A DNA stretch of 29,073 bases. Origin: a virus. Lineage: Duplodnaviria; Caudoviricetes. The stretch lies in the IMG/VR virus record IMGVR_UViG_3300033067_001019, positions 1-29,073 of that record; one strand, 5' to 3'. Below are positions 8,401-17,084 of the stretch, piece after piece. Position numbers and translations under genes: made by a program. Position 1 is the stretch's first letter. Each line of letters starts with the position of its first letter. Under the pieces are notes generated by a model, which was not told the origin of the DNA, searched no databases, and saw only the letters and a program-made list of their open reading frames with translations.

Positions 8401-10515
8401 GAGAAGCAGATCGATCTCGGGGTCTTGGGCGCGAAGCTCCTGAGCCCGCTGGATGGCGTATGCGGTCTTGGTGCCGCCTGCCTTCTTGCCACCCAGAAGC
8501 TCGTCAAGGAACTGCGTGTAGTTGTCCTGGTTCTGCTGGTAGAAGTCCGGGCCGTTCACGACGAACTCGTCCTTGGGTACGATCTTCTTGCCAACGCGGT
8601 AGCCAGTGATTGGCCCGCCGTCGGTCTCGCGGACGGGCTTGCCGAGCTTGAACAGGCGGCGATACTTGCGACCTTCTGGCCCTTCGAGAATCGCCTTGAT
8701 CTCGCCGGGGAACTCATCGCCCGCGAAGTTGAATGTGCCGTTCTGGTCGATCTGCCCGTTGTCGGCGGATGCGGCCTCGCGGGCGAGAATGTCCTGCTCG
8801 GCCTGCCCGTAGAGCGGCGACTTCTCGAACTTGCCGACGATCCGATTCTCAAGGTCCGCCTTGGTGAACGGCCTCGGCCCGGTCCTTGGGCTATTCTTGG
8901 GCTGAGGCAGCGTGACAGGAGCATCGCCTTGAGCCACCGCATCCACTGGAAGGGCATTCGTCGATTCCACCGCCGTCGCGGTCGCAGCGTCCGCCTGTGG
9001 AGCGGTCTCCGCGTTCACTGGCATCTCGGCGGGCTTCGCTGATCCGGTGCGGATGTCCGTGATCTCGTTTCCGACGTGCACGCTTTTCCCATCCCAGAAC
9101 TCGATAGGTGCCAAGCCCTTTTCTGGCGCGTTGAAGATTGGAAACCGCTTCTCTCGCTGAATCAGATTGCGGTTCTTGTCTCTGCCCGACTTGTATCGCA
9201 CGACAAGCTCGTCGCCTTCAATTTTGACGGATGGCTGGCTCTCTGGGTTGAGGCCCAGCGCGGATGAAGCCTCAAACTGCGCCTCCTCTCCGACGTACAC
9301 CGTTCTCGATGACTTGGGCTTCATGCCCACGTCAGCGGACCCGTGCTCGGGGTGATAGGACTTGTTGCGGGTGGTGGTTGTCCCGTCAACGAAGTATTCC
9401 GATCCCTTGGATGTCTTGAATGAGACGACGGGATCGGCCGTCACTGGATCGGCGGGCTCGTTCGCAAGTCGCTCTAGTTCCAGATTGGCGACATCCGCCT
9501 CGGCGATGATCGGCTCCGCGTTCTTGAGCGTGCGGGGCGTCTGATCCGCCAACTGCTCACGGAAATACGCCTTGCCCTGCTCGGTCATGGCCTGCTCGAC
9601 GGGGATTCCCGCCGCCGCTGCCGTCTCCTTGATCTCCGCAAAGCTCGCGTCCTTGTTCATCCGAAGCACTGCCGCCGTGCCCTTGGCATTCGCCGCGCGG
9701 ACATCGGGGTGCTCGCCGCTGTGGATCGCCGCGAACGCGCCGCCAAGGGCGAAGTTGGATGCCGCCGACAACAGATACTCGGTCGTTGACCGCTCGCCGC
9801 GTGCCGTGCTGGGAAGTTCCGCGATCATGCCCGGCGCCGCCTGCGTCGCGCCGCCGACTGCTGCTCGGACAAGCCGCCCGGATTGAGCCGTGAAGGGATT
9901 GGCGACGCCGAACAACGCACCGCCAAGGGTGGCCGTTGCAACGTCGCCCGTGGTGATCGTCGGGTCCTGCGATGCCCGGAAAGCCTCGATGCCGCCAAAC
10001 GTCGCGCCGGTGATCAAACCCGCCCGGGCCGCTGCCGCGATTCGAGCGCCGGTGCCGCCGACGATTGCCGCTGTGCCCGCCCCGCCCGTCAACAGGCCCG
10101 CCGACAGGGTGATCGGGCTGGCGATCTGGGCGAGCGTTCCAGCCGTCTTGCCGACGAAGCCAGCGTTCCCAAGGTCGCGGTATGCCCCGGTGAGTTCGAG
10201 CGCGTGCGCCCGAAGGACCTGGGCGTGCTCGTCGCTCTTGGCACCGCTGAACATGACGCGGAATCGGTCGTCCACGTCCTGCGAGAGCTCGTTGAGCTTG
10301 TTCTCGTCAAGGACGAAGTTGGGGTCCTCGTCAAAGCCCGACCGCTCGATCATTCGGTTCCACGACATATCTACCCAAAGGTTCTTGCCCGCCGCGATCG
10401 AGTCGAGAATGCCCGTCTCGTTCTTCCGCTGGAAGTCGGCGATTGCCTGCTCGCGTGCCCGGACCTGATCGGGGCTCTCGACGGTTGGCAGTGCTGCCTC
10501 GGTGATTGGTGGCAT
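5416..10515 (-). CDS. Internal virion / ejection protein D (gp16-like)
   Basis: 1699 aa; position after gp14/gp15 equivalents; Gly/Ala-rich hydrophobic N-terminal segment; helical C-terminal region. Confidence 0.8.
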   Translation of the reverse strand: MPPITEAALPTVESPDQVRAREQAIADFQRKNETGILDSIAAGKNLWVDMSWNRMIERSGFDEDPNFVLDENKLNELSQDVDDRFRVMFSGAKSDEHAQVLRAHALELTGAYRDLGNAGFVGKTAGTLAQIASPITLSAGLLTGGAGTAAIVGGTGARIAAAARAGLITGATFGGIEAFRASQDPTITTGDVATATLGGALFGVANPFTAQSGRLVRAAVGGATQAAPGMIAELPSTARGERSTTEYLLSAASNFALGGAFAAIHSGEHPDVRAANAKGTAAVLRMNKDASFAEIKETAAAAGIPVEQAMTEQGKAYFREQLADQTPRTLKNAEPIIAEADVANLELERLANEPADPVTADPVVSFKTSKGSEYFVDGTTTTRNKSYHPEHGSADVGMKPKSSRTVYVGEEAQFEASSALGLNPESQPSVKIEGDELVVRYKSGRDKNRNLIQREKRFPIFNAPEKGLAPIEFWDGKSVHVGNEITDIRTGSAKPAEMPVNAETAPQADAATATAVESTNALPVDAVAQGDAPVTLPQPKNSPRTGPRPFTKADLENRIVGKFEKSPLYGQAEQDILAREAASADNGQIDQNGTFNFAGDEFPGEIKAILEGPEGRKYRRLFKLGKPVRETDGGPITGYRVGKKIVPKDEFVVNGPDFYQQNQDNYTQFLDELLGGKKAGGTKTAYAIQRAQELRAQDPEIDLLLHLHENLPEGRTPPKQTVDAQELPTGTTFTINDERFHVEETPDGYRVLRDGKEFPIDGLSEIPIDKGTLRAGTPDEIAARQTLAASNEPLSPEENAAFNKAFAASNLSEMDLLDMSNAQMRAMIRPEDMPPPLEAPDFMAMGAASKASVFNPNANEEVAQPVLPGDFNPSGSTAEWDATLLGVRARWDMGAYLGTSKSSMTKMLANAIANDQLPKKGGRASAISADVVADRQKTIASQTIHTEMDGLYSDFATNAKNTGVQILTRDQFEAEVSRAVRRPAGEYTQDAVVNKAAAFTRKIIEQHRAYAERHGVPGFDKFEGSETYLTRIGDRTKLDEIIATRGLDTVEGAVARAIEVGTPTEMLQKIGDVFAKSKVAITAGDAAQDAIALASKALAKMWVRNIGRRGVSHELLMQKFFEPGHRVEMVNSLRAAFGKAISKEQIKEIVDIISPERNDLQNISIARRRIQMDETYSETLPDGSVLAIEDMLVNNASDIAERYAHGAIHASMFAKIRELMTPNGPFAKKPQTVEGVLKVLEQDMVGAGVPLSRMKADLARAEILLKMTAGIPIIDSPKTRALISTMKNANFARLMANVSSGINNFAETADIVSDNGVRAFLQVVPAWGEILKTVATGKGAGELTGELQRFWSFGAERASRRIHSAIGENEEVPKTLAQMQHVSARAARVAGDLSLQSFGTDTMTSLAAATSIQRMFNIANSGRPLGSRWSAKFKAIGLTESKWNRIAAELRAAPYEQGVLGKRLKKLDLDSWQDREAASWFVDAMTKNVRQLVLKDTPAERAAWMTSPMGQLLVQLRTYAYGAWTKKFLYGLKVDGAYTATKWGVASMFAALAYMGRTQLAASLMPSDQREKYLAERMSTEAIMKAGFSRASWSSLLPLGADTALSLSGRDPAFSFARTSGLVGGKGPWGVLIGNPTFDYMDKFARGVTGVVAPITVPGRDFTQQDARAIRDALWVPNMIGVKELFDQVISGLPAKPSN

Positions 10516-12698
10516 TAGTAAACCCTCTGGCCTGCTCGGCCTCCGCGCCGTTCAAAGTTGTCCATGGCTCGCTCTGCTGGCGTGCGGTTGGCCGCTCGCA
10601 AGGCTTCCTCTTGGCGAGCCTTCCAGTCGGCGAGCACCTTGGCCGTGTCCTTGTCGAACCCGGCCTTCACGAGTTCATCGTGACGGGCCTTGAGCTCTCG
10701 CGGGCTGAACACCGCAGACGGGTCGATCACGAGTCCGTTGGTGCCGTCGGCGATCGCCCAGAATCCGGTGTCGCGGATGGGCTTGAGCGTGAGCGATTCC
10801 TTGGAGTAGCCGCTGTCGGGGTTGCGGCTGATCCAGTCGTCGATGATGGTGCTGGCGACGTTGGAGATGTTGTCGCGGATCTCGCCGGGAAGGTTGCCGA
10901 TGTCGGTCGCCGGCACTGCCCAGTTGTTGATGATCACGCGGCCGTTCTTCACTTCCTCGGATGCCTGCCTGACGGCCTCATCGGCGGGGATGCCGCGGCG
11001 AATCTTCGGCATCGCCTTCGCGCTGACCTCGGCCGCGATCTCGCCGCCGTTGTTGGCGGTCTTGGCCCACCAAAGCGAGCCCTCGGACATCATGCCCTTC
11101 ACGGCGGTTTCGAGCGAGTCCCGCTGGATGCCGTCAAGCGTGCTGCGGTTGGGGTTGTTGATCTGGATGGCCGAGTTGAGCAACGCCGTGCGCACCGCGT
11201 CGGGCGATGTCGAGCCGATGGCCTTGTCCTGCATCAACGTCTCGGCTGTCTCGTAGAAGTCGCGGACCTTGCCGCCGGGAAGAAGTTTCTCGAGCAACTG
11301 CGGCTGCTGGGCCCGGAGCGTGCGGTAGAGCGTGAAGCCTGATTCCGCCATGGGCGGGAGTTCCTGCGGAGCGTTCTTGTCCTGGGCGAGCGACGACTGC
11401 GTGGACTGCATCGCGCCAGCCTCAAGCACTCGCTTCCACGTGACCGGCTCGACGCCGTTGCGTGCGGCCCAATCGGCCTGCATCGAGATAGCTTCCTGCG
11501 GACGGCCTTGGTACATCCGCTCGATGCGAGCAAACGCAGAGTCAGTCGCCATGTCGATCGCTTCGTTGTACGACACCTTCTGCTCGGTCTTGTCGGGGAG
11601 AGTGGCCTTGAAGCCGTCTTTGGGAATCAGCGCGAGCAACCCGCCGTCGCCGGCCTGATCGACCATGTCCTGCCAAGCCTGCTCGTTGACCTTGCGAGCG
11701 TTCTCGGTTTCGGTCTTGAGAATCACCGCCGCCTGCCGCGCCTCTGCCCGCTGGATGTCTCCCAAGAGAGAATCAGCGAATGCGCCGCCGATGCGGCCCG
11801 CCTTGAGGTCGGCGTCATACTGCGAACGGATCGACTCGACGGGCTTCTCCTCGGCCCACATTTGGCCGTAGCGATCGCCGATCGCCTGCTGCTGCATCCG
11901 CTGGTTGGTCCGCTCGTTCTGCTGCAGAGCAAGCTCGCCCATCTTCTGCTCGTTCTGGAACATGCCGCCGAGCGCAGTCTTTGCCGCCTCGAAGCGGACG
12001 CGATCGCCGGAGTTCGCCGCGGCCCGCATTGTCGGGAGGATGGTCTTTTCTGCGGCCTCAACAGAAGTGAGATTGAGGTCCTTCTGCGCGACCGCCATGA
12101 ACTTCGACATCTCGCCAGCCGTCTGCGATCCAGCCACGCCGTCGGCAAGAGTCTGAGCGAGTGCTTCCTTGGCCTGCGCACGCTCCTGCGTCAACTTCCG
12201 CTGGAACATCGACGCGACGTGGGGGATGAGAGTTCGATACTCCTCCTTGTACGGCTCGTTGATGCTGGGGTCGTCAATCCGATTCTCGACAAGCTGACTC
12301 GCAAAGTCCGTGACGTTCTCCGGGGTCGGATCGACGCCATCGGGGAGCTTGATCTCGCCGCTCTCGATCTTGGCTTGAAACTCGATTGCATGGGTGCGGT
12401 AGTCACGCGACGCCTGCCCGATGTCGTATGCCTTGTTCTCGGCGTTCTTCCGCTCGATCTTGGCCGTCTGGCGGTCCAGCGTGTTGCCGATGCCTGCCGC
12501 AAGGTTGCCCGCGACGCCGAGCGCCTGCATGAGCGATTCGGCGATGCTGCCGCCTGCGACGACCGGGGGCAACGTCTCCTGACCGACGACCTGAATGCTC
12601 TGGTTGACGCCGACGCGCGTGTTCGTCGTGGATGGGCCAAGGGCCGAGCCCTGCCGCCGCATCGCGTCGAGCCTGCTGCCCTGCTCGAACTGGCTCAT
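10515..12698 (-). CDS. Internal virion protein C (gp15-like)
   Basis: 727 aa, helical, Ala/Gln-rich; synteny and translational coupling. Confidence 0.75.
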   Translation of the reverse strand: MSQFEQGSRLDAMRRQGSALGPSTTNTRVGVNQSIQVVGQETLPPVVAGGSIAESLMQALGVAGNLAAGIGNTLDRQTAKIERKNAENKAYDIGQASRDYRTHAIEFQAKIESGEIKLPDGVDPTPENVTDFASQLVENRIDDPSINEPYKEEYRTLIPHVASMFQRKLTQERAQAKEALAQTLADGVAGSQTAGEMSKFMAVAQKDLNLTSVEAAEKTILPTMRAAANSGDRVRFEAAKTALGGMFQNEQKMGELALQQNERTNQRMQQQAIGDRYGQMWAEEKPVESIRSQYDADLKAGRIGGAFADSLLGDIQRAEARQAAVILKTETENARKVNEQAWQDMVDQAGDGGLLALIPKDGFKATLPDKTEQKVSYNEAIDMATDSAFARIERMYQGRPQEAISMQADWAARNGVEPVTWKRVLEAGAMQSTQSSLAQDKNAPQELPPMAESGFTLYRTLRAQQPQLLEKLLPGGKVRDFYETAETLMQDKAIGSTSPDAVRTALLNSAIQINNPNRSTLDGIQRDSLETAVKGMMSEGSLWWAKTANNGGEIAAEVSAKAMPKIRRGIPADEAVRQASEEVKNGRVIINNWAVPATDIGNLPGEIRDNISNVASTIIDDWISRNPDSGYSKESLTLKPIRDTGFWAIADGTNGLVIDPSAVFSPRELKARHDELVKAGFDKDTAKVLADWKARQEEALRAANRTPAERAMDNFERRGGRAGQRVY

Positions 12699-13222
12699 CG
12701 TGCCCTCCCGCTGCGGCTATTGAGGCTCGTGCCGTTTGAATCGGTGATGGACTGATAGAGCCCGCCAAGCTGCAAGCCCGCCTGTGCGCCGCCCGCCGCA
12801 CCCATAAACGTGTCGAAGATGGTGTTCCGGTTCCGCGACGAAATGCTCGCAAGGTCGGCGTTGAGGCCCGAGCGAATCCGCTGGCCGTTGGCGTTGTAGT
12901 TCGCCACGATTGTCCGATCGTTTGTGAGCGTGTCGAGTGCGTTCTGCTGCAGCAAGGCCTCGAACGATCCGCCAACGCCGCCAGACTCGGACGCCGCCGC
13001 CCGGAGCTTTCCCGTCAACTGCTGAGACGCGACGATCTGCTTGCGCCGCTCTGCCGCCGTCGCGTCGATGAGTTGCTGAGTCTGTGCCGCCGCACCCTCG
13101 CGGGCTGACGCCGCCGCGCGACGATTGGCCGAGTTCTGCTGCTGTGCCGCCGCGAAGCTCGATACGCCCGCAAGTCCGGTTCCCGCCAGTGCGAGCGCAG
13201 TCGTGACTCCAAAGTCGGCCAT
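12695..13222 (-). CDS. Internal virion protein B (gp14-like)
   Basis: 175 aa; Gly/Ala-rich hydrophobic ends with a Gln-rich coiled coil; AGGAG RBS. Confidence 0.8.
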   Translation of the reverse strand: MADFGVTTALALAGTGLAGVSSFAAAQQQNSANRRAAASAREGAAAQTQQLIDATAAERRKQIVASQQLTGKLRAAASESGGVGGSFEALLQQNALDTLTNDRTIVANYNANGQRIRSGLNADLASISSRNRNTIFDTFMGAAGGAQAGLQLGGLYQSITDSNGTSLNSRSGRAR

Positions 13223-13234
13223 GTGGTGAATCTC

Positions 13235-13801
13235 CTATCGAAAGCGACCAACGAGATCGACGCAGTATTCCAGACCGGCAATCGTCATTGGCTTGTGCGA
13301 AAGCGACTCAATCGAGATGACGTTGTCGCCGACCTTGCCAGTTGCGAAAACCGTGAGCGTTCCATTGGGGATGACGGTTGAATCGAACTCAGATTCAAGC
13401 TGCTTCGTTCGATCGATGCGAAGCGACTTTCTGCTGCGAACCAAGAACGATCCGGTGTTCTGATACGCGATGCTCATGAACTTCAACTGGACGTGAGAAC
13501 TGAGGTCCGCTTGATCGCTCTGGTCTTTCCTGATCGGCTTTGAGGGCACGAGCAACACTGGGAACAATCGCCCGATGTACACGGGGCCAGCCGAGTAGTC
13601 TCCGGATGCCGTAACAGTCGTGCCGCTTGCGGTCGCTGGGACAATCGCCTTTCCCCCGTCCGATCCAAACGATTCGGAAAGAACGATGCAGTCCATGCCC
13701 GCAGCGCTGCATGGGAGCGTCCACGTCGTCGTTCCAGCCGAGTGGGTTCCGGTGACGACTAGTCGCCGATCAAGGCTTGGAACGAAGGGCCATCGTGCCA
13801 T
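13235..13801 (-). CDS. C-terminal part of tail tubular protein B (gp12) as a separate gene
   Basis: LDRR..TTWTLP, YIG, VQLKFMSIAYQNTGSFLV and ISIESLSHKPMTIAGLEY match the gp12 C-terminus pattern; own AAGGAG RBS. Confidence 0.75.
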   Translation of the reverse strand: MARWPFVPSLDRRLVVTGTHSAGTTTWTLPCSAAGMDCIVLSESFGSDGGKAIVPATASGTTVTASGDYSAGPVYIGRLFPVLLVPSKPIRKDQSDQADLSSHVQLKFMSIAYQNTGSFLVRSRKSLRIDRTKQLESEFDSTVIPNGTLTVFATGKVGDNVISIESLSHKPMTIAGLEYCVDLVGRFR

Positions 13802-16242
13802 AGTGGTGCTCCTTCCACAAACTCAAGCGTGTATGACGCAACGGTCGACGCGACGCCGGAACGCACGGCCGAGTATTCAACCTGAACCATCTTCTCGTCG
13901 TAGGCGACGCTTCCGCCATACGTGACAAGCCCGGACTGAAGATCAGTGAGGCTGTTGTAGTAGACAACCGCACTCACAAGCGGCTCGGTTCCAAGCGACT
14001 GAAACACCACAACCCGCTTCACGCTGTCAGTATCGAATACCGTTGCATTGCATAGAACGTCGAAATAGAAGCTTGATGTTGTGTTTGATGTTACGTTACC
14101 GGCTCTGTCCGTGATTCGGACGGTCTTGGTTCCATACACGCGATACCGATACACCGTGCGTCCATCGGAGTCCGTGGATATCTGGTGAATCCCGCCGCTT
14201 CCGCTTGCGGTCACCCGATGGCTGTCCGTGCCAAACCCGTTGGTAGTCGTCGAATACACACTTGCCTGATACTCAAACGACCCTCCGCCCTTCATCAGAT
14301 TTGCAGGGACATCGCCAAGGGTGTACCACGGCGTCGGATCGCTCTCGTGATCCTCGGTCCATTCGATATTCGACGGAGCCTGACCCGCAAAGCCTCGGTC
14401 GTTGAACCCGCCACTTGCCGCGCCCGGGCCATAGATCATCTGCTCGGTCGGAATCACCACGGGAGGCTCCGTCGAAACGTCGACGGTGTCGTCGCCGTAG
14501 ACGGGTGACGGGATGGGCTGCGCACCGATGCCAAACCGCTCGATGACAAACTCGGAGTCAGAAGCAACCACCATGTACACGTTGCTCTTGATCGCCGCGA
14601 TGTCGCCGATGGAATAGCCGTCGTCGAAGTCGTATTTGGTCCAGGCGGATTGCTCCTTCTGCTGGCCACGCCAGAAGTAGGTGTAGACGAACACCCGCGA
14701 GCCGCCCGTCGGCAGCACGAACACCGCTCGATCGTTGGGGCTGCACACGATGTTTCGCACGTCAAGGCCGATCAAAGTCGGCACGTGCGCCGTCACGTCC
14801 GCCGCCACCAGCGAAACCGCGATGTCGTCGAACTGGTATTCAAACACCGCCGCCGCGAACCGCCTGCGGCCCGCGAAGAACAGCGTCTCGCCTGCCAGCA
14901 CGGGCCGCACAGGAAGCGTCTCGTATCGCGTCGTCGGGTTGATCGAAGCCGTGGTCGGAGTCAGTGTCTCGGATGTGTTCACCTCGAACTGACGGCCCGC
15001 CTTGGTGAAGAGCGCGAGCGACGCGCGGAAGGGCACGATGTAGTCAATGACCGTCACTTCTTCGCTCGAAAGCGAGCGGTCGATCGGGTCAGAATCGACG
15101 ATGTTCTGGGCGTCGTCGAGGAAGAAATTGAACAAGTCGCCCGCCTGCGACATCACGACATTCTCGCCGCCGGCAAGCACGAGTCGGTCGCGGTAGTACG
15201 CGATGTCGGTGATGGCCTTCTCGTTCTCGAAGATCGACGGGAGCGGATTGGTCGCATCGTCACCGCTGAGCCGGTCGACCCAGGTGATCTGCTGCAGCGT
15301 GAATGTCGCCGGGTCGCCCGATCCGCTGCTCACGGTTGTCCGCACGAGCTTGAGCGGCATCTTGGTCTTGTCGATGACGGCCTTCACCTGCGATGGCGCC
15401 GGGACGCGCTTGTACTTGTCGAGCACGTTCGTCGCCGCTGCGGTGTAGAGGTAATAGCCGCGCGGATGCGTCACGGTGTCGCCGAGCACGTGGTAGTAGG
15501 TTGCATTCGTCAGTGTCGCCGCGACCATGGCGTCGTAGTCCGCGAACGTCGTCCCGCTCACGCTGTAGCTGCCCGATGTCGAGTAGCCCGTCGCCACCTT
15601 GCGGTTGACGATGATCGTGTAGTCGGCCACTGTCACCATGCGGATGTCGTCGGCCGTCGGTGAGCCCGAGTCGAGATAGGTCTGTGCCGCCGCGTCGATC
15701 GTGACCGTCGCGAGAATGCCGAGCGAAGGTGCGACGCCGTTTCCGATGCCGAGCACCTTGAGGACCGTGCCACCCGTGCCCGCGCCGAACAGCACGAGAT
15801 ACTGCTCATTCTCGTCGCGATTGATCGCGTGCATTCGCAGGCTCGCGTCCGCTGGAAGGATGTGGAGCGTGCTGCCCGCATTACGGGTCTTGCCGCCGCT
15901 GGCCGTAAGCGTGGTGCCCGGCGTAGCGAGCGAGAACGTGCCCGTGAGCGGGTCGAGGTCCATGTAGCCATCGACCTCGGCGACGAACCGGCCAGTCGCG
16001 CCGGTGGTGCTCTGTGTCACCGTGTCGCCGACGGCGAACGTGCCAGAGCCGCCAGACGCCGCGATACGCACGCGGGGGATCTTGGCGATGAACAGACTCC
16101 CCTGCCGCTTGGAGACGCCATTCACGACCGAGAATGCCGCGTTACTGGCGTCCTCGAACTGATTTGAGAATCGCAGATGCGGGGGCTGCTGGCTGATCCC
16201 GCCATAGAGCGACGGGATGCGGATGATGTCTTGTTCTGCCAT
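13759..16242 (-). CDS. Tail tubular protein B / nozzle (gp12-like), N-terminal part with extra C-terminal domain
   Basis: IPSLYGGISQQP, GVSKRQG, RLSGDDATNPLPS, YYRDRL..AGGENVVMSQAGDLFNFF, DSDPID, EQSAW motifs. Confidence 0.92.
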   Translation of the reverse strand: MAEQDIIRIPSLYGGISQQPPHLRFSNQFEDASNAAFSVVNGVSKRQGSLFIAKIPRVRIAASGGSGTFAVGDTVTQSTTGATGRFVAEVDGYMDLDPLTGTFSLATPGTTLTASGGKTRNAGSTLHILPADASLRMHAINRDENEQYLVLFGAGTGGTVLKVLGIGNGVAPSLGILATVTIDAAAQTYLDSGSPTADDIRMVTVADYTIIVNRKVATGYSTSGSYSVSGTTFADYDAMVAATLTNATYYHVLGDTVTHPRGYYLYTAAATNVLDKYKRVPAPSQVKAVIDKTKMPLKLVRTTVSSGSGDPATFTLQQITWVDRLSGDDATNPLPSIFENEKAITDIAYYRDRLVLAGGENVVMSQAGDLFNFFLDDAQNIVDSDPIDRSLSSEEVTVIDYIVPFRASLALFTKAGRQFEVNTSETLTPTTASINPTTRYETLPVRPVLAGETLFFAGRRRFAAAVFEYQFDDIAVSLVAADVTAHVPTLIGLDVRNIVCSPNDRAVFVLPTGGSRVFVYTYFWRGQQKEQSAWTKYDFDDGYSIGDIAAIKSNVYMVVASDSEFVIERFGIGAQPIPSPVYGDDTVDVSTEPPVVIPTEQMIYGPGAASGGFNDRGFAGQAPSNIEWTEDHESDPTPWYTLGDVPANLMKGGGSFEYQASVYSTTTNGFGTDSHRVTASGSGGIHQISTDSDGRTVYRYRVYGTKTVRITDRAGNVTSNTTSSFYFDVLCNATVFDTDSVKRVVVFQSLGTEPLVSAVVYYNSLTDLQSGLVTYGGSVAYDEKMVQVEYSAVRSGVASTVASYTLEFVEGAPLWHDGPSFQALIGD

Positions 16243-16245
16243 GGG

Positions 16246-17067
16246 TCACACCTCGTACCCGTAATCGGGGTTGGCTCGATACGAGGACGTGAGCGAGTCC
16301 CGATAGCCGCGAATCCGGCGAGAGTCGCGGGAGTTGAAGACGTTGAGGTCCTTCTGATCGTCGTTGGACTGCATCGCTGCCGCCCGCGATTCGAGAAGCC
16401 GCTGCTTGAGCATGGCGTCGTCGACCTGGCCTCGCTTCATGTACTGCTGGAAGTCGATCGCCGCGGCGTCCGCGATGTATCGCTGCAGCACTTCGGGGAG
16501 GTCGTCAAAGTCGATCGCCACGATGAGCCGCACGAACACGTTGGAATCAAACTGCACGCTCGCCGCGTCGGTGTTGCGAAGGAATCCGCCGACCGCCGTC
16601 ACCCGGCGACGCTCGCCCGCCGTCTCGGACGCCTCGACGTGAATCCAGTCGGAGCCCGTCGCAATCTTGCCCGTGGTCGAAGTCGTGACCGCCGTCACGG
16701 TGCGAGTTGCCGCGCTGTCGACGCCGGTCAGCGTGCCCGTGGCGAAGGTCTGGCCCGAATCGGGGTTGATGTAGATGTACGAGCCGTCGGTGTAGCAATA
16801 CCGACCGGTCTTGGTGCCGACGGTGATTTCCTCGTCATAGATGAAGTCGCCCGACGTGCCGGTCACAGTGAGCCGCACGAGTCCGGGCCGAGCCTCGAAC
16901 GACGGGATGTGGTTCACCCACCAGCCGGTCGAGAGAACCTGCGTGCATCGCTCGTCGAGGATCGACTCGGCCTCTGCAATGTCTGACGTGCCGCCTGTGT
17001 TGAGGGATGGTGCCCTCGGCTCCCCGATCGCTCGAAGGAGGATGTTGACGGCCGTCAGTTTGTCCAT
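16246..17067 (-). CDS. Tail tubular protein A / adaptor (gp11-like) with inserted domain
   Basis: KLTAVNILLRAIGE, VLSTGWWVN, FDDLPEVLQRYI motifs; longer than T7 gp11. Confidence 0.9.
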   Translation of the reverse strand: MDKLTAVNILLRAIGEPRAPSLNTGGTSDIAEAESILDERCTQVLSTGWWVNHIPSFEARPGLVRLTVTGTSGDFIYDEEITVGTKTGRYCYTDGSYIYINPDSGQTFATGTLTGVDSAATRTVTAVTTSTTGKIATGSDWIHVEASETAGERRRVTAVGGFLRNTDAASVQFDSNVFVRLIVAIDFDDLPEVLQRYIADAAAIDFQQYMKRGQVDDAMLKQRLLESRAAAMQSNDDQKDLNVFNSRDSRRIRGYRDSLTSSYRANPDYGYEV

Positions 17068-17084
17068 GTGCTTATGGCTCCGCG

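Noticed and set aside
13235-13801. Annotation as gp13 by position, or as a pseudogene fragment
   Set aside because: Sequence matches the gp12 C-terminus pattern, and the ORF is intact with a strong RBS.
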